Positions 36,898 to 41,977 of a stretch of 41,977 bases of DNA are shown piece after piece. Position 1 is the first letter of the stretch; every line of letters begins with the position of its first letter. The stretch is from NCBI GenBank assembly GCA_018399975.1, contig JAGYNU010000003.1, forward strand, positions 1-41,977, written 5' to 3'. Below the pieces are notes generated by a model, which was not told the origin of the DNA, ran no database searches, and saw nothing but the letters and a program-made list of their open reading frames with translations. Both the position numbers and the translations under genes were made by a program. The DNA is from Candidatus Omnitrophota bacterium (GTDB lineage: Bacteria > Omnitrophota > Gorgyraeia > M55B152).

Positions 36898-37677
36898 ATG
36901 GATATTGAAAGAAGGAGAAAAATAGCAATTAAAGCCTGTAAAAAGGCAGGGAAAATATTAAAAGATAATTTTAAAAAGACAATTGAAATTGAGAGTAAAA
37001 CAAATAAAGATTTGGTTACAAATATTGATAAGAAAGCAGATGAAACAACAATAAAATTAATAAAGAAAACATTTCCTAAAGATGGCATTTTATCTGAGGA
37101 AAGTAAAGGTTTGTCTTCTGAAACAGGATACAGATGGGTTATTGACCCTATGGATGGAACACATAATTTTGTTCATAATATAGATATTTTCGGGGTTTCA
37201 ATAGCTGTAGAATTTAAAGGTGAAGTTATTTTAGGAGTAATATATATGCCTTGGACAGATGAATTTTATATTGCTCAAAAAGGAAAGGGAGCTTATTGTA
37301 ATGGTAAAAAAATAGAGGTATCCAAAAGAGAATTAAATAAGGCAACTTTGGTTTATGATAGTAGTATCCGTTATAACAAAGAACAAATGCTTGAAGTTTT
37401 AGGTAAACTTACCGATAAGGTTTTTAATGTGCGTATGTTTGGTTCTTCTGCCAGAAGTTTGACTTATGTTGCTGAAGGTAGGGTTGATGTGGAAGTAGAA
37501 TTTAATGATAAAGTTTGGGATTTTGCTTCAGGACTTCTTTTAATTGAGGAAGCGGGAGGGAAAGTTACTGATTTTGAAGGAAGGCCTTGGAGTCTCGATA
37601 TCAAAGGTTATATTGCTTCAAATAAAACTATTCATCAAGACATTTTAGACACTGTAAGAAATAGCTTAGAAAAATAA
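36898..37677 (+). CDS. Inositol monophosphatase family protein
   Basis: DLVTNID, LSEE, WVIDPMDGTHNF, WDFASG. Confidence 0.92.
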   Translation: MDIERRRKIAIKACKKAGKILKDNFKKTIEIESKTNKDLVTNIDKKADETTIKLIKKTFPKDGILSEESKGLSSETGYRWVIDPMDGTHNFVHNIDIFGVSIAVEFKGEVILGVIYMPWTDEFYIAQKGKGAYCNGKKIEVSKRELNKATLVYDSSIRYNKEQMLEVLGKLTDKVFNVRMFGSSARSLTYVAEGRVDVEVEFNDKVWDFASGLLLIEEAGGKVTDFEGRPWSLDIKGYIASNKTIHQDILDTVRNSLEK

Positions 37678-37735
37678 GATAAGTAAGGTTTAAAACAAAA
37701 TTTTCTTTTAAAATTTATAAAATAAATAAGCCAAA

Positions 37736-38692
37736 ATGGAAAATGATAATCTAATTGTATTTGGTCCGATTCCTTCAAGACGTTTGGGCCGAAGTTTAGG
37801 TATTAACAATATTCCTCCTAAATTTTGTAGTTATTCTTGTATTTATTGCCAAGCTGGAAGAACTTCACATATGCAGGTTGAAAGGCGCTCTTTTTATAAA
37901 CCCGAAAAGATATTAAAAGCCGTGCAAAGAAAGATTAAAGAAGCAGAAAATAAAGGAGAGCATATAGATTATCTAAGTTTTGTTCCAGATGGGGAGCCTA
38001 CTTTAGATATAAATCTGGGTAAAGAATTAAAGTTACTTAAATCATTTAATATTAAAACCGCGGTTATCTCAAATGCTTCTCTTATATGGCAGAAAAGTGT
38101 TCAGAAAGATTTATATAATGCCGATTGGGTTTCTTTAAAAATAGATGCTGCAAGTAAACATATCTGGAATAAGATTAATAGGCCCCATAAGTCTTTACAT
38201 ATTGATGAAATATTTCAGGGTATTGTTGAATTTTCAAATAGTTTTAAAGGTGATCTAACCACGGAAACTATGCTTATCCGAGGGATTAATGATAACATAG
38301 AAGAAATGCAAAAGGTTGCCAAATTTATTTCTAAATTAAAAGACTCTAAAAGTTACATTTCTATTCCGACTAGGCCACCAGCAGAAAAATGGGTAAATTC
38401 TGCTACAGAACATTCAATAAATATGGCATATCAACTTTTTAAAGAAGAGTCTATTAATGTTGAATATCTTATTGGTTACGAAGGGAATGCTTTTGCATAT
38501 ACAGGGAATGTAGAAGAAGATTTATTAAGTATTACTTCAGTACATCCAATGAAAGAAGAAGCAGTGAGTGAATTTTTAAAAAAAGCTAATGCAGAAAAAG
38601 AAATAATTCAAAAGTTATTAGATGAAAATAAGTTGATGGAAACTAAATATAGAGAGAGTAAATTTTATTTAAGAAAATTTAATATGAAATAG
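37736..38692 (+). CDS. Radical SAM protein (TYW1-related uncharacterised family)
   Basis: FGPIPSRRLGRSLGIN, CSYSCIYC, GEPTL, ETML...GINDN, TRPPAE. Confidence 0.88.
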   Translation: MENDNLIVFGPIPSRRLGRSLGINNIPPKFCSYSCIYCQAGRTSHMQVERRSFYKPEKILKAVQRKIKEAENKGEHIDYLSFVPDGEPTLDINLGKELKLLKSFNIKTAVISNASLIWQKSVQKDLYNADWVSLKIDAASKHIWNKINRPHKSLHIDEIFQGIVEFSNSFKGDLTTETMLIRGINDNIEEMQKVAKFISKLKDSKSYISIPTRPPAEKWVNSATEHSINMAYQLFKEESINVEYLIGYEGNAFAYTGNVEEDLLSITSVHPMKEEAVSEFLKKANAEKEIIQKLLDENKLMETKYRESKFYLRKFNMK

Positions 38693-38712
38693 TAATGTAA
38701 GAAATAATACAA

Positions 38713-39303
38713 ATGTTTAAAGAAACCGAAATTATAAAAATAGTTAGAGAGGATGTTTTAAGAATATTAGGCGAAAAAAAGAAGAGTATTCCTTTAGATG
38801 TAATAGAAAAAGAGATTAGTGTTTCAAATAACTATATTATGCAAGCTATTGAAGAGTTGCTAAAAGAACAATTAATTCGGAGCAGAAATAATTCTTTTGA
38901 GTTAGAGACTAAAGGTTTACAAGTAACAAAGGATATATTAAAGAAGCATCTTGTTTGTGAAGATTATTTTAAACAATCGAGGAATGAAAAAAAGGCTCAC
39001 GAAATAGCAAATATTCTTGAGCATTGTATTTCTCATAAAGTTATTGATAATATAAAAAAATTTTCTACATTAAAAGAAAAAGGTGTACCTTTAACAGAAA
39101 TTGGTCTTAAGAAAAAAGGAATAATTACTGATATTATGTTTTCTGATTATGGATTATTTGAAAGAATAGTTAGTATGGGGATGTGTTTGGGGGAACAAAT
39201 TGAAGTTGTTTATAATATCCCTGATGGTGTTGTTATTAATGTGGGGGGTAAGAATTTTGCTGTAGGTAAAGAAATAGCAAAGAAGATTGAGGTTTTAGTA
39301 TGA
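38713..39303 (+). CDS. DtxR/MntR-like metal-dependent regulator with FeoA domain
   Basis: Winged HTH, KKHLVCEDYF, ANILEH metal-site region, C-terminal RIVSMG...GEQIEV...FAVGKEIAKKIEV. Confidence 0.8.
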   Translation: MFKETEIIKIVREDVLRILGEKKKSIPLDVIEKEISVSNNYIMQAIEELLKEQLIRSRNNSFELETKGLQVTKDILKKHLVCEDYFKQSRNEKKAHEIANILEHCISHKVIDNIKKFSTLKEKGVPLTEIGLKKKGIITDIMFSDYGLFERIVSMGMCLGEQIEVVYNIPDGVVINVGGKNFAVGKEIAKKIEVLV

Positions 39304-41207
39304 AATTTAAAATTCTTCTGGTTGGACAACCTAATGTGGGGAAATCTACACTGCTTAATGCTTTAGTTGGGGCAAAAGTCATAGTATCGAATTATCCTGG
39401 GACTACAGTTGAAGTAACTAAAGCTAAGAAAGTAATTGGTGGGCACGTAATAGAGTTTATAGATACTCCAGGGATATATTCTATTTCTGATATGTCTGAA
39501 GAGGAAAAAGTTACTGAGAAAGCTTTATTTGAAACAGAAATAGATGGAGCAGTAGTGATAGTTGATAGTAGTTCTCTTGAAAGAGGCCTTTATCTTACAT
39601 TTCAGATTTTAGAAGCGGGAAGGCCTGTGGTTTTGGTTTTAAATTTTGTTGAAGGGGCAAAAAAAAGAGGAATAATAATTAACTGCAGTAAGTTAAGTGA
39701 AATATTAAATATTCCAGTTATTCCAGTAAATCCCTTAACAAAAAATCAAATAGGTGAATTTGTAAATACCATTTTAAAAATTAATGAAATTAAGACTAAA
39801 CCTTTCAATATAAGATATGATGGCCATATAGAAAAAGCAATAGAAGATTTATTGCCCCAAATAGTTGGGAATTATTTACCAAAGAGGTTTATAGCCCTTA
39901 GAATATTGGAAGGAGATATTGATTTTTACAAATATTTAAAAGGTAAAAAAGTAATTGAGAAAAATAAAGAAGATTTAGAAAAACATACAGGGGTTAGCCA
40001 AGATATAGCAATAGCTAGATTTGGAACAGCAGCTTTTGTCGCAAAGAAAGTTACCCAATTAACTTCTATAAAAAAAATAAGGAAAAGTTTAGAGCAACGA
40101 ATTGATGAAATTATTCTCCATAGAGTATGGGGCCCGGTTATTACTTTTTTGACTTTTTTTACTATATTTGGTGTATTACTTTATTTTGGTGGTTGGATAG
40201 AAAAAATTCTTATAGGTTTTGCTGAAGGTTCTATCTTTCCGGTTATTAAATTTGGTAGCGGTTTTTTAGGTACGGCGTTAGAAATGGGAATAATAGGGGT
40301 GATGGCTGGTGTTGCTATTGCTTTACCATATGTTTTTTTATTTTATTTTCTTTTTGCCTTAATTGAAGATGTAGGAATTCTTTCAAGGTTTGTGGTTAAT
40401 TTAGAAAGATTTTTAAGAAAATTAAATTTTCCTGGGAAAGCAATGATTCCATTAGCTTTAGGGTTGGGGTGTACTGTCCCAGCTATTAGAGCGACAAGGG
40501 TTTTATCTTCAGAAAAAAGACGCTTTTGCACAGCGTCTCTTTTTACTGCAGTTCCTTGTTCTTCTCGTATTGCTATAGTAATGGGAATAGTTGGACATTT
40601 TGGTGGCAAACTTTTAGCAATTGCTGTTTTTATTTCCATTATTGTGGCTTTTTTAATTTTTGCTTATTTGATAAAAAAAATTATGCGATTAGAAAAAAAA
40701 CCAATACTTTATGAATTGCCTGAACTACCACCTTATAGAATGCCTTCGATTAAAAATATTGTTGCTAAAAGTTGGATAAGGATGAAGACTTTTGTTTATG
40801 TAGTTATACCTTTTTTAATTATAGGAGGAATTATATATGCAGTATTAGATATTTTAGGAGTTACTAAATCTATTATAACTCCATTTTTGCCTATTACATG
40901 GTGGTTGGGATTACCTGCAGTAGCAATTATTCCATGGGCATTTTCTTATTTACAAAAAGATCTTTCTGCAGCAATGCTTTTTTCTGTTTTAGGAAGTGAA
41001 ATAGCTTTAGTTTTATCACCTCTTCAGATATATACATTTGGAGTAGCAACTACTATTGGAATTCCTTGCATGATTGCTTCTGGAATGCTTTGGAAAGAAT
41101 TTGGGTTTAAAAGGGCTTTTCTTTTAACTTTAATATCAGCAGTTTATGGCATTATATTTGCCGGTTTAGCATGGAGAGGAGTTCAATTTTTTAGCAATAT
41201 TAGATAG
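39300..41207 (+). CDS. feoB: Ferrous iron transporter B
   Basis: GQPNVGKS, NYPGTTV, DTPGIYS, LGLGCTVPA, VPCSSR, ELPPYR, gate domains. Confidence 0.95.
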   Translation: MKFKILLVGQPNVGKSTLLNALVGAKVIVSNYPGTTVEVTKAKKVIGGHVIEFIDTPGIYSISDMSEEEKVTEKALFETEIDGAVVIVDSSSLERGLYLTFQILEAGRPVVLVLNFVEGAKKRGIIINCSKLSEILNIPVIPVNPLTKNQIGEFVNTILKINEIKTKPFNIRYDGHIEKAIEDLLPQIVGNYLPKRFIALRILEGDIDFYKYLKGKKVIEKNKEDLEKHTGVSQDIAIARFGTAAFVAKKVTQLTSIKKIRKSLEQRIDEIILHRVWGPVITFLTFFTIFGVLLYFGGWIEKILIGFAEGSIFPVIKFGSGFLGTALEMGIIGVMAGVAIALPYVFLFYFLFALIEDVGILSRFVVNLERFLRKLNFPGKAMIPLALGLGCTVPAIRATRVLSSEKRRFCTASLFTAVPCSSRIAIVMGIVGHFGGKLLAIAVFISIIVAFLIFAYLIKKIMRLEKKPILYELPELPPYRMPSIKNIVAKSWIRMKTFVYVVIPFLIIGGIIYAVLDILGVTKSIITPFLPITWWLGLPAVAIIPWAFSYLQKDLSAAMLFSVLGSEIALVLSPLQIYTFGVATTIGIPCMIASGMLWKEFGFKRAFLLTLISAVYGIIFAGLAWRGVQFFSNIR

Positions 41208-41252
41208 CATATAAATTATTGTAAATTTGGTTTTACTAATCAGGAGGTAGAA

Positions 41253-41882
41253 ATGTTTAAACAAATTTTTAAAGAATTGAAAAACCATGCCCCTTTTACT
41301 ATTTTTGGAGCAGTTACAGGGATTATAATTATGCTATTTTTTCATAGATTGCCCTCTAATGTTTCTTATAACATATTTTATATACTTCATCCAATTCACG
41401 TCGTTTTGAGTGCTCTTGTTACTGCATCTATGTATAAACTTCATACATGTGAGCATATAAGTGGTAAATGTTTAAAGGGTAAATGTAATCTTTGGCTTTT
41501 GCTTATTATTGGGTATATAGGCGCTATAGGTATTGCTACGTTAAGTGATTCGATTATACCTTATTTGGCTGAGGTAATGTTAGATATGCCTAATAGGGGA
41601 ATTCATTTGGGTTTCATCGAAAAATGGTGGTTAGTAAATCCCTTGGCTATTATAGGTGTTTTTATAGCTGCTTTTAGGCCAACTACGAAATTTCCACATG
41701 CAGGCCATGTTTTATTAAGTACTTGGGCATCGCTTTTTCATATTATTATGTCTGCAGGAGAATCATTAGCTTGGTTTTTATATATTGGTATTTTCTTATT
41801 TCTTTTTCTTGCGGTTTGGATACCTTGTTGTGTAAGTGATATTGTATTCCCTCTACTTTTTGTTAAAAACAAAAATAAATAA
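41253..41882 (+). CDS. His/Cys-rich multi-pass membrane protein, possibly metal-related
   Basis: HAPFT, LHPIHV, HAGHV, PCCVSDIVFP; hydrophobic helices; RBS AGGAGG. Confidence 0.75.
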   Translation: MFKQIFKELKNHAPFTIFGAVTGIIIMLFFHRLPSNVSYNIFYILHPIHVVLSALVTASMYKLHTCEHISGKCLKGKCNLWLLLIIGYIGAIGIATLSDSIIPYLAEVMLDMPNRGIHLGFIEKWWLVNPLAIIGVFIAAFRPTTKFPHAGHVLLSTWASLFHIIMSAGESLAWFLYIGIFLFLFLAVWIPCCVSDIVFPLLFVKNKNK

Positions 41883-41932
41883 ATTCTAACAGGAAATTCG
41901 GCTTTTTAGCAAATACTATTATATTTTTTTTC

Positions 41933-41962
41933 TTGACATAATGATACTATTTTAGTATCATT
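41933..41962 (+). promoter_or_regulatory. Sigma-70 promoter with overlapping palindromic operator for a gene beyond the window
   Basis: TTGACA-N17-TATCAT; AATGATACTA-TTT-TAGTATCATT at 41940-41962. Confidence 0.7.
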
Positions 41963-41977
41963 TAATTAATAAAATTA

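Noticed and set aside
1320-40639. The many short minus-strand ORFs in the track (e.g. 2417-2869, 9874-10479, 27351-27773)
   Set aside because: They lie antisense to well-supported genes, have no recognisable motifs and show the F/S/I/L-rich composition of shadow ORFs.
40526-40714. 62-aa + strand ORF
   Set aside because: Alternative frame inside feoB.

Overview
AT-rich bacterial chromosomal window with nearly all genes on the + strand. The gene mix and intergenic hairpin style suggest an anaerobic candidate-phylum organism such as Omnitrophota (inference only). The left part (1-15.5 kb) mixes housekeeping genes (U32/TrhP-like, AddAB-like helicase-nuclease, BASS symporter, B12 radical SAM pair) with three signal-peptide proteins: a +1-frameshifted SAM-methyltransferase/beta-helix protein, a DUF4382-like protein and a CheR-like protein. 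All three carry an R-[IM]-V-x-E motif just after the signal peptide, and the CheR-like gene sits behind a sigma-54-type promoter with an IHF-like palindrome. An unannotated start-less GNAT frame and a structured heptamer-repeat spacer also lie here. The middle part has trpB2, a ThiI-like gene, an NADH/CoA-disulfide oxidoreductase with a Rex-like operator flanked by IS200/IS605-end-like remnants, a truncated DUF123 nuclease and OsmC. The right part (20.9-41.9 kb) is a long co-directional Fe-S/redox/metal and metabolic cluster that starts at a promoter with a Fur-like box and ends in DtxR-FeoA, feoB and a membrane protein. No rRNA, tRNA, CRISPR array or intact transposase was seen. All family calls come from motif recognition, not database searches.
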